This document shows positions 26,801-40,200 of a stretch of 64,000 nucleotides of DNA, piece after piece. The DNA comes from Tubiluchus corallicola (taxonomy: Eukaryota > Animalia > Priapulida), in contig JAQGDQ010000701.1 in NCBI GenBank assembly GCA_030141605.1, positions 1 through 64,000 on the forward strand. Reading direction: 5' to 3'. The notes beneath the pieces were generated by a model. It was not told the origin of the DNA, did no database searches, and worked only from the letters and a program-made list of their open reading frames with translations. Made by a program: the position numbers and the translations under genes. Within the stretch, counting starts at the first letter, position 1. Each line of letters starts with the position of its first letter.

Positions 26801-29800
26801 GACTTTGTCCACTTGTACCACTGTTTATACTAGTTAGTTAGTGAATTTTACTGACCACGGGATAGTAGGTCCAACAATACCATAACAAAACAATAACAAC
26901 TGACATAAACGCATAACAAGCACACGATCTAACTTAACTTAATATCAAAACGAGATATTTACAAAAGTTAAGTATAGACATACTATATAAATAGGTATGT
27001 TTAAGGTTTCAACTCGAGTATTTAAATTTTGGTAATACATCAAGCGTCAATTCACAAATAACTTTTGGATTTAAATTCCGTAAAGAACCAACATCAGTAA
27101 TTGTCTGATCTCTGTGTCTAACACGTAAATTCTCAATTACTGCACAATTACACATTACACGTTTTTCAGTTTGAACACTTGATCCACACTCAAAAAGTTG
27201 TAATTCACAGTCAATACGTGACTAACGCCCAGTTTTAACTCGCAAGTAATGTGAAATAAGTCTTATGCAACAAAAAGAAATATGTGTATATTCAAAAATA
27301 CTGTTATCACTATCGACTGGATGGACACTTAAATTCGGATTTAGTTCAGTTCTATATAAATTCGGATTTAGTTCAGTTCTATAAGTAGCATTTTTTGTTT
27401 TATCTGACGACAAATACACGCGCTTTGATTTTCTGAAAATCGTCATCATGATTGGTGGCTGTATCTCTTAACTGTTAAACATAACGGTACTGAGGGGGAG
27501 GGGGTGTTAGCACATGCACACTGGGCTCATGCCATCATAAATGGGTCACCACGAATTTGGTCTCTTTCATTAGACATTTTTGAGAAAAAATTTCACTGAT
27601 CTTCTTTTATAATTCCATTAACAGAACACTACATGTACATATGTGGAGCTTTTTTGCCTCTGTGCACAAAAACACACGTCACGGATGCTGTCTGCAATGA
27701 AAAATGCTTGATTAGGGCTGTGCTGTAGCTGCTGCTATAACCATGATGGGTAAATGCTCCGTTTACATTGTAAATCCGGATCCTGGCTACGTAGACCTTC
27801 TGATGCCACACATGGGCAGCAGTCGAAAAGTCTTGTACAGTCAAACCTCTTTATAATGACCCCCTTTTAATACCAACCTCGCTTAACATCCAAGTTTTTA
27901 GCAAAACAACACGTCTGTATTTGCAAAGACTATTAATGCACCTTGTTATAATACCAACCTCGCTTGAAGACCAAATTATTTGCAAAAACAAAATGTCTAT
28001 ATTAGCACAGACGTGTATGCATTAATGTACCTTGTTATAATACCAAATTTGCTGTAAAGCTAACTTTTTTACAGTCTCAAAGTGGGCGGTATAAAGTCTG
28101 ACTGTACCCGAAATAATCCTTATGACAACACGAATGGTTGAAATGGATCCGGATCTAAAAAGTCCACGATGGGTAGAGTATTTTCTGCTTAGTGTGGACA
28201 TGGTTATAGAACAGGGCAAGCAACACTATGAGGTTACAGACGTTTTGCCTAACAAGTTCCATTCTACATACCTTAATAGCTGAAAGGCGGGTAAAGCTCT
28301 GGCCCAGTGCATTGAAAGGAACAGCAGCCTAGAGGCGCTTTCACAGATGTAGTGAACATTTAAAAACTCCGGCATTGGCGACGGCGTAGTCAGGTTAAAC
28401 GCGACAGTTGTATCTTCTAATAGCGGCCCTGCAAAATTAACAACCAAACATTAAACTCATATTAAAAAGTATGAGTAAGTGAAAGTGACTTGACTGTTAA
28501 AAGCTAATTAATTAATTATGTTGAGTCTAGGGATGAGGATCGAACGTTCGAATTCGATTGGAAAGAGTTTTTTTAATTAGAATTCAATTCGAAGCTAAAA
28601 TTGTGGATTCGGATAATTCAGCACCTCAACTACATTATGTTCAGTATCAATTATCACAGTTTAGCTGAAATTTTCATGCACGATTTTAAACAAATTATTA
28701 GTTGTCTGCTTTTACTGTAGAACAAAATCAGGTACGGATTCGATATCTTCAGCTTGATTCGACTCTGAAAGTCAAATTCGATTTGAATTCGCTTTTTGCG
28801 ATAGAATGCCTACCCTTAGATGAGTGTCTATGAGCCAAACTAATACTTGCTTGTCAGTACAGGGATGATAAATAGTCATGCACACTTCAAACCCCCCGGT
28901 TAAAGGACAAGACAAGGGGTACCCCTCAAGTAGGCTTCAGAAAAATTGCTTTAAAAAATTATATTACTTCACAGCAATTTTACGTGCATATAGTACTCAT
29001 GTTGAAAGGAATTTCTGTTTGTCTTCATTTTACATCTCCCGCAATACTGTTCCCACGGCACCATTACATGATGTCACTATGCCACGTAAATCAGGTGAAG
29101 AAAAATCAACGTTAAATTATGTGCCAAAAAACCTTCCATGCAAATCTGTATTACTTAGCTTTTCGCTTACCTACTCGAAAGACTTATGTAACTAGAAAAG
29201 AAAATTGTCAATTATTTAAAATGTTTTCACCAATTGGTAAAATGTTGGTGACTCACCCTCCAGGGTGCATCACTCACTAACCAAAAATGTATTTTTAATC
29301 TTATTGACAAGATACGGTAATTTAAAATTTTATTCACTTACTGACATGTGCGTTACGAATGCTCTGATTATTTTTTCAAACTTTACTTAATGTTATCTAA
29401 ACTTGTTTCAAATAACCTGTCATTAAAATAGCTGTGCTTAACGGTCATCGCTGGAGTTTAAATTTACAAGCTTTATGCAGCGTTAGTACCGATTGAAGCC
29501 CTGTATGTAAAAAGGTAATATGTAAGTGATATAAAATTGCAAGGCAAATTTTTCCAGCTCATGGTGGGTTTTTCTCATGCTTTAAAACCAAGCTTGAGTA
29601 AACTTGCCTTTTTCACAAACATGCTTCAAAAAACTGCCTGATTTGCTTTTTACGTCAAATAGCAAATCTCCCAAATGCGGTAACAGAAAGAGGATCATTT
29701 TGCACTTTCAACAGGCAGGTCCTACTCGAATTGTATAGTTGTGGTGAGACGGGAACCTGTCTCATTATCTAAGATGAGCCACTAAACCAACAGAGGCAGA

Positions 29801-31230
29801 GGTGTTTTAGCCATGTGTAGACATGTCTGCATCTCCCTTCTACGAGGAAACATCCAGAATCGGCATGACAAAATGAGCGAAAATCAAAACGGTTCAATCA
29901 TCCAATAACAGACCATCCCTGGCACCATTCTTAAGTTAAGTCACCAAGCAAGGTGACGCAACCACTCAGCCATGTGTTCCCCAGTCACTTCAGAACAAAA
30001 TTTTGGTAACAAAATATTCAAAAATCATTTCACTCATATTCACAACAGCTATTATTAACAATCGAATCGTTTACCCACCATTTATTTCAATAATTGTGTC
30101 ATTTTGATCCTCAATTGAGAGTGAAGTTATCCCACCCTATAATGCAAAACAGGAAACCTAAGAATCATTTACTCACTATATGCAGAAAAAGAATAAAACA
30201 AACATTGTGACCTCAATACCATTGTAACGTTACCTAATAAGCCTTAAAATTAACATGTAATGTACAATTTACTTATACAGTGCACTACGTAATTTAAAAT
30301 CTCAGTACGCTAAACAATAAAATACATATAAAATTCATAAGAAACATAAAATTTAAAATACATTAAAAAGTATTTATCATAAAAAGTACAATTTAAACAA
30401 ACGTGTTTTAAGACGTTGTTTAAAAGAATCTAATGAATTTGTAGAACGTATAGCAACAGGTAGGTTATTCCAGAGACGTACAACACAGACAGAGAAAACT
30501 TTTTCACAATAGAATACTGTATTAGGAATTGGCTGATGTAAATTAATTTGTTCATTAGCATTGGAACGAAGTGTTCGGAGTATATTACGGTATATCAAAA
30601 CATTAGTAAGGTATACAGGTGACAAACCATGTAGTATTTTGGAGGTGATACAAGGAATTTTAAATTGAATTCGGAACTTTATAAGCAGCCGATGAAACTC
30701 TCTTAGAACGGGTTTAATATGATCATATTTTCTAGTTTTCATAACGAGAAGAGCAGGAGAGTTCCGAATTAGATGGAGTTTGCGATTTTCACGTTCGGGG
30801 AGTCCAAGATGCCAAGATGGATATTTCAGTTGTCTCTGTTCATCAGTCAGATGAAGAACATTCATGACTCGCTGACGGAACATTCCCCGTAAAGATTTCC
30901 AATTGGCTCTTCCGGTCTCCGAAAGCTGCTGGTTAAGGGGCCATTATTAATTCAAAAGCATTAAACTTTCTTTGAACATCATTCAGTCATCAGTTGGGTT
31001 AACAGTCAAAGTGTTCTGATGAGCATTATTATGGTTAACAGAATAGTTAAGAGTTCTGTATGTAAGATAGGAGGCAGAACTATACAAGGATTTCTAAGCA
31101 TTTAGAAGGAAAATTAAAACATTTTTGGCAATTTTTGGCTGTATTGCCATTTTTAGTGTGCACTGCAACAGATCTTTGACCAACGAGTAATTCCAAAAAA
31201 ACAGTTGATAGTAGTAATAGTTTAACAGTA

Positions 31231-31293
<63 letters not shown>

Positions 31294-34200
31294 GTAACAG
31301 TAACAGTAACAGTGACAGTTACAGTTACAGTTACAGTAACAGTAATAATGATAATAATAATAATAATAATAGTAATAGTAATAGTAACAAATTTAATAGA
31401 TAATGTTAAAATTTATGTTTCTGGTCATGTTGTTTATTCTAATGCAAAAATTCCTAAATAGTGAGTTTATCATTTTAAAAATAAAAACTTACAAGATCTC
31501 AAATATGGGAGTTTGTTAGGTAACGCTACTGTGAGCACTTACGGAATTTGAGGGGTCGGCAGATGCAAACTTCGCCATGGCGTCGAAAGCCTTAGTCGCC
31601 GCATCACCGGACGATGAATCCTTCGTGTCGCCGTTTGGCCTGCTAGGCGATTCGTCGTGTTCATTTCCCATTGCAGCCAACGTCGTCACAACATTTGCTA
31701 AAGTACTCAGATCTACAAGGAAAAATGTAAAAAAATATACTTTATCTACATATTTAGTAAATGTAGATTTTGGTTAAACAAACAAACAAACAGACAAACA
31801 AACAAAGAAACAAACAAACATGTAGAAATAGCAAATGAAATGTACTTTGCACATGAACAGATACAGTATTTACTCGTCCTGGTAATTCTTGGGCCCTTAG
31901 AATACGGATACGTACAAAACTTAGCTAAGTAACGGTGGAACTATTACACCAGTTAGCGGTCGGTTAAACGTTTAAACGATTAACCATCTCAGCCTTACCA
32001 CAGAGCGGTCAAGAAATGGAAAGCTTTATTTAACACATTAGCTCACCTGAATTGCTTGATGCAACAACAGATGGAATTTGAGTGAGATTCTCCTGCATGT
32101 TGGCTAACAATCCAGATTCTGCAGAACTGTCCTAAAACACCAAAATCACATTAAAGGAAACATCAAGCCTTCTAGGAGCTTAGGCTTATTTCAATCTTCA
32201 CGAAAAACAATCGCTTCAAGCTTGGACGCTTCCATTTTCCATTTCCAATGACGTGATTCGTCTTGGAAAGTAGCGCGCTGTCAATGTTTACCAAAAGTAT
32301 GAGTTTTTACAAATTTTGTAAAAATTTTTAGCTAATTTTGTAATATTTTTGCGTGAACATTAGACAAGCTGCAGAAGTGTTTACGAAAAGTCAGGAAGTC
32401 TCCCAGTTTTCAAGTGAATGGTGGCAACCACCACGCGGTATTCAGCGGTAGTACATTTAAGCTTTATAGACAGTTTTGTGCGAATTTCTTTATTATATTT
32501 TTCTAAGTTTAGGTCACAACAGTAAAATAAATACAACATACTAAATGACTTGTTCTTTGTTTTAATTGATTTTTTCTGTGTTTGCCAAAATGGTTTATAA
32601 ACAGATACGGTTTATTTTACCAATTATTTACTCATTGTGAGTAATGGGCTGGAGAAAGAAAGCAGACGCTAGAAATTGTGGACTACTCGGGATTTTTTGG
32701 ACAGCAAAGTGAGAATGAGTCTAAACAATCGTCCGGTTTCCTTTAAAAGGAAACCGGACGATTGTTTAGACTCAATCTCATTTTAATTTACTGTTCAAAT
32801 TATACGTTTTCTTGCCTATAAAAGTTAGTAATTGCTTCTTATATTTTAATAATTAGCTTAGAAATTTAATTAACGGCAACCAAACACAGCTATTCCTCAC
32901 GTCATAAACTAACCACAGTTTGTGCAATGGCAGGCATCTTCCCTTGCACATCAAGCACGTTTGCATAGGTGTTACCGTACTGTTTAAATGCACGATATCA
33001 CGAAAAATGGGCTCTACATCATATGATGTCAGAAACTAACACTGCAGTTCATAATCACGGTTATCACGGTACTGCCATCTATTTGTCGGCCACCCGCACG
33101 TGACAAAAAAGTGCCATTGCCAATCTTAGTAGATTCACTGAGCCGCAAGTAGATTTGAAAGTTTAAAAAAATTTGAGTATCCGAGGTAATTATTATTTAA
33201 TGTACGCTTTATGTAATTATTTAAAATAAGCTATTGTAGTTTTCAATATTTTAGAGCTTACTTTCTTCTGAACTAATGTTTACACAATCATCAGGTTTTC
33301 TTTTAAAGATAAATTTACGTTGAAGTTTTTCGAACACACAAGACGTTTATCATGACTGATAGATTTTAGCACAAAATGCATCTCAAATTTGCTTTACCAA
33401 ATCTGTCGTGCTCCCACGTATGAAAAAACAGCTTTTAAAAAAGCTGCAATTTCTATATGAAATTAAGATTAGACTGACCTTCCCGGACGACGGTGACACG
33501 GCAGGTTTGTAGTTAGGCCTGAGAGAATACGGACTAGACTTGCGAATGTAAATTTTGTCAGCAGTAAGCGCTCCTCCTCCGCCTCCGATAAGAGGCAACC
33601 TCTCCCCACTCGGCCGTCGTTCCTGTTGTACCGCTGTAAGTGGAAAATTTCGCGTGGCTGAAAATTAACAAGTTTAAAATCTATGACCCTAAGTACAAGG
33701 ACAGGTATAGGCATGCACAGTACACACAATCACGGTTGCGTTCATGCAAGATTAGTCAGTGCAATTTAGACTTACATAAATTATCATAGCATTCGCACAT
33801 AATGCAGCTTTAGAAATTTCACCATAAACTAGGGTTGAGACGGTTAAGCTTTTTAATTAACTGTTTAAACTTTATTAATTGCAGCCGGCTAACAGTTTAG
33901 CAATTCTCGTTGACGTCAAACATATAAGAAAATATTGAACATTTATGACAAGCTAATATGAAGAAATTGCCTAACTCTGACCCCATTATATAATCATAGA
34001 ATTCACTTAACTTAGTATTTCTTCAGTACGTGAGTAAATTATGAACCTTTTTGCATGTTTGAAGAGGTTTTTGAACAACGAAATTCAATTTATTGCATAA
34101 AGAAGTGCATGCGATGCAATTACCCCCTCCGAATCATGCCATGCTGCATGGCGGATAAGTAATCGTATCCGGCTGCATCGAGAAAAGTTAATGTAATAGA

Positions 34201-37200
34201 GTTTCAACAAGCAAAAATTTATCTCCTTGTAGAATTTTGTGCGAAAAATATCGAAATATGAACCGCAAACATTTTAGTTAAATATATTTGTATTTTGTCT
34301 GTTTTCTTTCGCATTTTTATTTTTTTAAAATTAATAGTTCATTCACTCCTTGCACGACTAAGCTACGCATGCGCCAGCGAGAATGTGGCGGCATCCTCGT
34401 AACATCTCGAGCGAAAAACTTTTTGCAATAAAATGTTTAGATCCTTCTTAGGCACCCAGATTAATTGAAACAATGTTGTAAATAGTGCAACTTTATGTAA
34501 GCGGGACAATGTTAACTGCATATGCCAAGTCAGAAAAAATACAAGGTTTCATTAAACGGATATGTAAGTCGGTTACGCCAGTTGGCGCTCGGTTAAACAT
34601 TTAAACGGTTCACCATCTCAGCTTCACCGTAAACCAGTCAAGAAATGGAAAAATTGCATTATTCTTCTGTTAGAAAACTCTGTGATGAAGATCAAAATAA
34701 AGTGCAGTTAACCTCAGATATAAGGGACACCTCCAGACCGGAAAAAGCCATCCCTTTTATGCGATGTCCCTTATAGCCGAAGTCGAGTCAGACCGAAGGT
34801 GTATCTAGACCTGTACTTTTCTGCACTTTTACCCATATTTTTATGGATTATTGCTACTCATTCAGTGCAAACGGTATGTAGGAAGCTCCTTCAGCGATGC
34901 GAGATGTATGTGACCGAGGAAAATGAGCTGTTTGAAAGCTGAATTTGCAAAAAATTGAGGTTAAAAATCGATCAATTTCGCTTTGATCATAGAGTCCCTT
35001 ATATTTGAGGTAATTCACCTGGGTTTGTATTATGCAGGACCTGAAGATATCGTCCCTTATAACAGAAAGTTGCTGATATATGAAGACTTTTATAAGGAAA
35101 AATGTTACGAAAAATCAGGACCAAAGTTGGTGGTCCCTTATAAGTGAGTACCTTATACCCGAGCTTGACTGTAGCTAGGAGTAAGTATTAACATCCCGAT
35201 AAAATATTTTTCAATCTGATATCAAAATAATAAAATATGATCACCAGTATTTTAATAACTGTTTATCGTTTGGTTTATTTTAGGGTTACTCGTTATTAAA
35301 CAGGAATACTGTTTCACTAATCCGTAATGAAAAGCTCTCGTTATGGTTAATGAAGTGCACAACTTTTCTACACTGTTAAGTCCTTGTAATTATAATTATA
35401 GTTAGTAATAACTAAACATGCAAAGTAGGTAAGAAATTTAAGCTAGTTGATAAGTGTGTTTCCTAAAACTTTATGGAAAGTTATGTCTAAACTAACAGAA
35501 CAGTCCAATATAGTCACTTAGCCACAGGCATGTTACCGAAATGAAAAAAAATTCAGTTTGCCGATAAGAGCACATTCAGTTGAGTTTCGTTTTCGATGAA
35601 AATTCTTAAGTTTCGCGGCCGAAACTTTTGATAATTTTCGGTAGCACTTTTCCGAGATTTTAGTCGTATTTATCTAACTTAACTCTTTTTTCTCCTAAGT
35701 GTTAAAAATCGCTGAAAAATCTTGACTAAAATAGTTCAAATAAGCGTAAATATCGTTTAACTTTTTACACCATTTGTAGCACGCTTTTTACTGCAAAGCG
35801 GCATATCCTCAGTGCTGACGACTGTGAATCTTTAAAGTCTCCAGACACAATCAACCGAAATATCAAAGCGTAATTTAAATAAAACCAAGTTTAATTTAAT
35901 AATTTATGAAATATAATCAATTGTCATTTTTTTTGAAGCTCCATAATCTTTAACCTAAAACATTGTTCTACTTTTTTGGTTAGGTTTTTTTTTGCCTAGT
36001 TACTTCATGTTGTAGTCTTAGTAATTGTTTTTGCAAAAATGATTCTGGTTCGGTTTCGTTTCGGTATTGGTTTCCCATGTTTCATAAATTTCAGTTTACG
36101 TCACATCTCTGTTTAGCCATACTTAATTCCGTGCAAGACAAATGATTCAACTGTCTCAAGCAATGTTCTTAGTATTAGACACTCAATGAAAGCATTAAAA
36201 CAAACAAAAGAAATAAGTTTTATGCCCTCAAATACAATTTCGGGAAAAGGATTGTCATGCTAGATAACACTGTGGGTGGTGACCACAGATACATACATAG
36301 AAAATCATGCATTTACACATCGTGTGTGTGGAATACGTGCAAAATAATGTGCGACCGATATAGCAAGATAACACAAGAATATAGAAAGCGTCAGGGGCTA
36401 ACGTCTTACTTACAGTCCGATCTCATGCCAACAGCAAGACACCGCTGAAGACGACAGTACTGACACCGGTTCCGATGATGTTTGTTGATGACGCAGTCTC
36501 TCTGACCACGACACGTATATCCCAGCTGCTTTCGTATGCTGCGTTTGAAGAAACCCTTGCAACCTTCGCAACTTATAACACCATAATGACGTCCTGCAAA
36601 TACACGAAAATCAGCTTTGAAATTTCCCATCTTTTTGCACAAATTGTCTCGCTGGTTTAGAGGAAGATATTCACCATCCTACAAAATGGAGGCACATGGA
36701 GCAATGAATAGTAGTATTAGTAGTAGTAATTTATTGAGTGTAACAATTAATTATGAGCAAAACAATTTTACAGCCCAGTACAATACATTAAGCAGATACA
36801 ATTAACTATGCAACAGCAAACTCCACCTACACAAATATAATTACTGAGCAAAGTAATTTTCGAATTATTTTGTTTATGATTACACACACATGCTATGTGA
36901 AAATCTGTGTGATACCCTCTGCAAAATAGAGAAAGATTGATTTGTGCTGTTCTAGGATATATGGTGTTCAATTTGGAGTATGCTTCTTTTGTATATCATC
37001 ATTCGCTTGTACAAAACTAATAGTAGTTTGAAATTTGGTAAAATTTGTAATTAATTTTGCATCAGTCTGCATTGTTGTTATAAGGTTTATTAATAATTGG
37101 CTTAGGCACATCTTTGAAGATTTCATACTCTCAAGTTATAATTTTTTACAAAGTTCAGACGATGAACCAAGTTTTTGATTCGAAACATCAAGTCTAAGAA

Positions 37201-40200
37201 AAGCTGAAATGTTTCAAAGTTCGTTCGTGTGGCCGTATGTTTTATATTTATGCTAGTGTCCCTTTACAGATGTACTAGTGACAATGGTTACTGGCAACCG
37301 AAACATCTAGTTTTAATAAGAGATGAAAATAAATATACGAAAATAGTGACATATAGTTTGTTCATTTCTGCCGACTAGCAACTTCACAGCTAAGTTCAGA
37401 AAACTAATAGAAGCTCCTAATGTCCTAAAATGTATCCTACCAGAGGCTTTGTCGCCACAAACGACACAAACTTCTGGCGGTTTTGTCTGGATGATCGCAA
37501 GTTGGTTCGTTATGCTTCCGTGGTCCTGCATTAATTTGGCTGGGCCGAGGCTCTGAAAAAAAAACAGAAATTACTGCATAAAAAGCTTGTTCAAGACAGG
37601 GTTGTACCCCAAAAAATTGCTACCATGAAGGATAACATACTGCCCCAGTAGCTTCAAATAAAAGAAACATTCGTAAATGAACTCAAAGTGACCCAAATTA
37701 ACTGACACTGCTTAGTGTAGTTCGTATGCGTGAGGCAAATTTTGAAACCAACTTTTCAACGTGCCCCATCAAAATGAGTCTGTGTTAGACTAATTTTCCA
37801 CATAGACTAACTTCACAGAATTTCTTTCCTTCCAATAAGGAGTTTATTTTCATTGAAATTCAAATGACAGGAAAAATGTTTTGCTTTTCAATCAGAATCT
37901 TCTTCAACGGGCTCAAACTCGGAACTAGAAGCTTCTTCATCAACCTGTCAGCCATTGAACCCTTCTTGGTGTTTTGCTTCAATTTCCTGCAACACCTGGT
38001 ACAGTTGAGTTGTATTCCAGTTGCTACCACATCTAGTGCCAGGCCAGTGCATATCACTGCCTTCCTGGCAAAAGTCTTGTCGTGTTCATCCTGCTGAGCA
38101 TTAACTGCTCATACAGAGTCGACTGCCAGATTGAATAATCCTTTGTTTCATGTGTTCAAGACCTGCACTGTGCAGTGCAACACAGACTAATTAAATATTG
38201 GAAAGAGACGCAAAAAAGTGCACTTCAAAATTAGTCTGTATGAGACTATTTTACCACACAGACTAATTAAATATTGGAAAGAGACACAAAAAAAGTGCAC
38301 TTCAAAATTAGTCTGTATGGGACTATTTTACCACACAGACTAATTAATTATTGGAAAGAGACGCTAAAAAGTGCACTTCAAAATTAGTCTGTATGAGACT
38401 ATTTTACCACACAGACTAATTAAATATTGGAAAGAGACACAAAAAAAGTGCACTTCAAAATTAGTCTGTATGAGACTATTTTACCACACAGACTAATTAA
38501 TTATTGGAAAGAGACACAAAAAAGTGCACTTCAAAATTAGTCTGTATGAGACTATTTTACCACACAGACTAATTAAATATTGGAAAGAGACACAAAAAAG
38601 TGCACTTCAAAATTAGTCTGTATGAGACTATTTTACCACACAGACTAATTAATTATTGGAAAGAGACACAAAAAAAGTGCACTTCAAAATTAGTCTGTAT
38701 GAGACTATTTTACCACACAGACTAATTAATTATTGGAAAGAGACGCTAAAAAGTGCACTTCAAAATTAGTCTGTATGAGACTATTTTACCACACAGACTA
38801 ATTAATTATTGGAAAGAGACGCTAAAAAGTGCACTTCAAAATTAGTCTGTATGGGACTATTTTACCACACAGACTAATTAATTATTGGAAAGAGACGCTA
38901 AAAAGTGCACTTCAAAATTAGTCTGTATGGGACTATTTTACCACACAGACTAATTAATTATTGGAAAGAGACGCTAAAAAGTGCACTTCAAAATTAGTCT
39001 GTATGGGACTATTTTACCACACAGACTAATTAATTATTGGAAAGAGACGCTAAAAAGTGCACTTCAAAATTAGTCTGTATGGGACTATTTTACCACACAG
39101 ACTAATTAATTATTGGAAAGAGACGCTAAAAAGTGCACTTCAAAATTAGTCTGTATGGGACTATTTTACCACACAGACTAATTAATTATTGGAAAGAGAC
39201 GCTAAAAAGTGCACTTCAAAATTAGTCTGTATGGGACTATTTTACCACACAGACTAATTAATTATTGGAAAGAGACGCTAAAAAGTGCACTTCAAAATTA
39301 GTCTGTATGGGACTATTTTACCACACAGACTAATTAATTATTGGAAAGAGACGCTAAAAAGTGCACTTCAAAATTAGTCTGTATGGGACTATTTTACCAC
39401 ACAGACTAATTAATTATTGGAAAGAGACGCTAAAAAGTGCACTTCAAAATTAGTCTGTATGGGACTATTTTACCACACAGACTAATTAATTATTGGAAAG
39501 AGACGCTAAAAAGTGCACTTCAAAATTAGTCTGTATGGGACTATTTTACCACACAGACTAATTAATTATTGGAAAGAGACACAAAAAAGTGCACTTCAAA
39601 ATTAGTCTGTATGAGACTATTTTACCACACAGACTAATTAATTATTGGAAAGAGACACAAAAAAGTGCACTTCAAAATTAGTCCTTATGAGACTATTTTA
39701 CCACACGGACTAATTAATTATTGAAAAGAGACGCTAAAAAAGTGCACTTCAAAATTAGTCTGTATGAGACTATTTTACCACACAGACTAATTAATTATTG
39801 GAAACAGACACAAAAAAGTGTACTTTAAAATTAGTCTGTCTGAGACTATTTTACCACACAGACTGATTTCACTACACAGTGTGAGCTGAAACTTATTAAT
39901 TAATAAGGACAAGCATTTAATCACGATCTCAACCATGAAATTTTCTTAACACATTCTTAATTTTAAACACAACTATTAATGAGATTGATTTGTTTGTTAA
40001 TACACTTCCGGAAGCTCTTATTCGATAAGTTGCACATGTTTACATTAGAAAAAAATGAAAAAGATAAAAACGGAATTAACCATTACATAAAGGAAAGAAC
40101 AACTCAATCAGTATGTTGGGTTTATTTTACTGTTATCACTTAAACTTAGAAAAATATAACAAAGAAATTTGCAGAGAAAGTGCCTATAAATTAAAAATAT

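Noticed and set aside
30377-30883. Longest ORF in the track (168 aa) as a host gene
   Set aside because: It is the decayed C-terminus of an L2-type LINE ORF2.
22696-39864. CRISPR-like appearance of the regular 35-, 57-, 76- and 85-bp arrays
   Set aside because: Units are contiguous with no unique spacers, there are no cas genes, and the context is eukaryotic introns.
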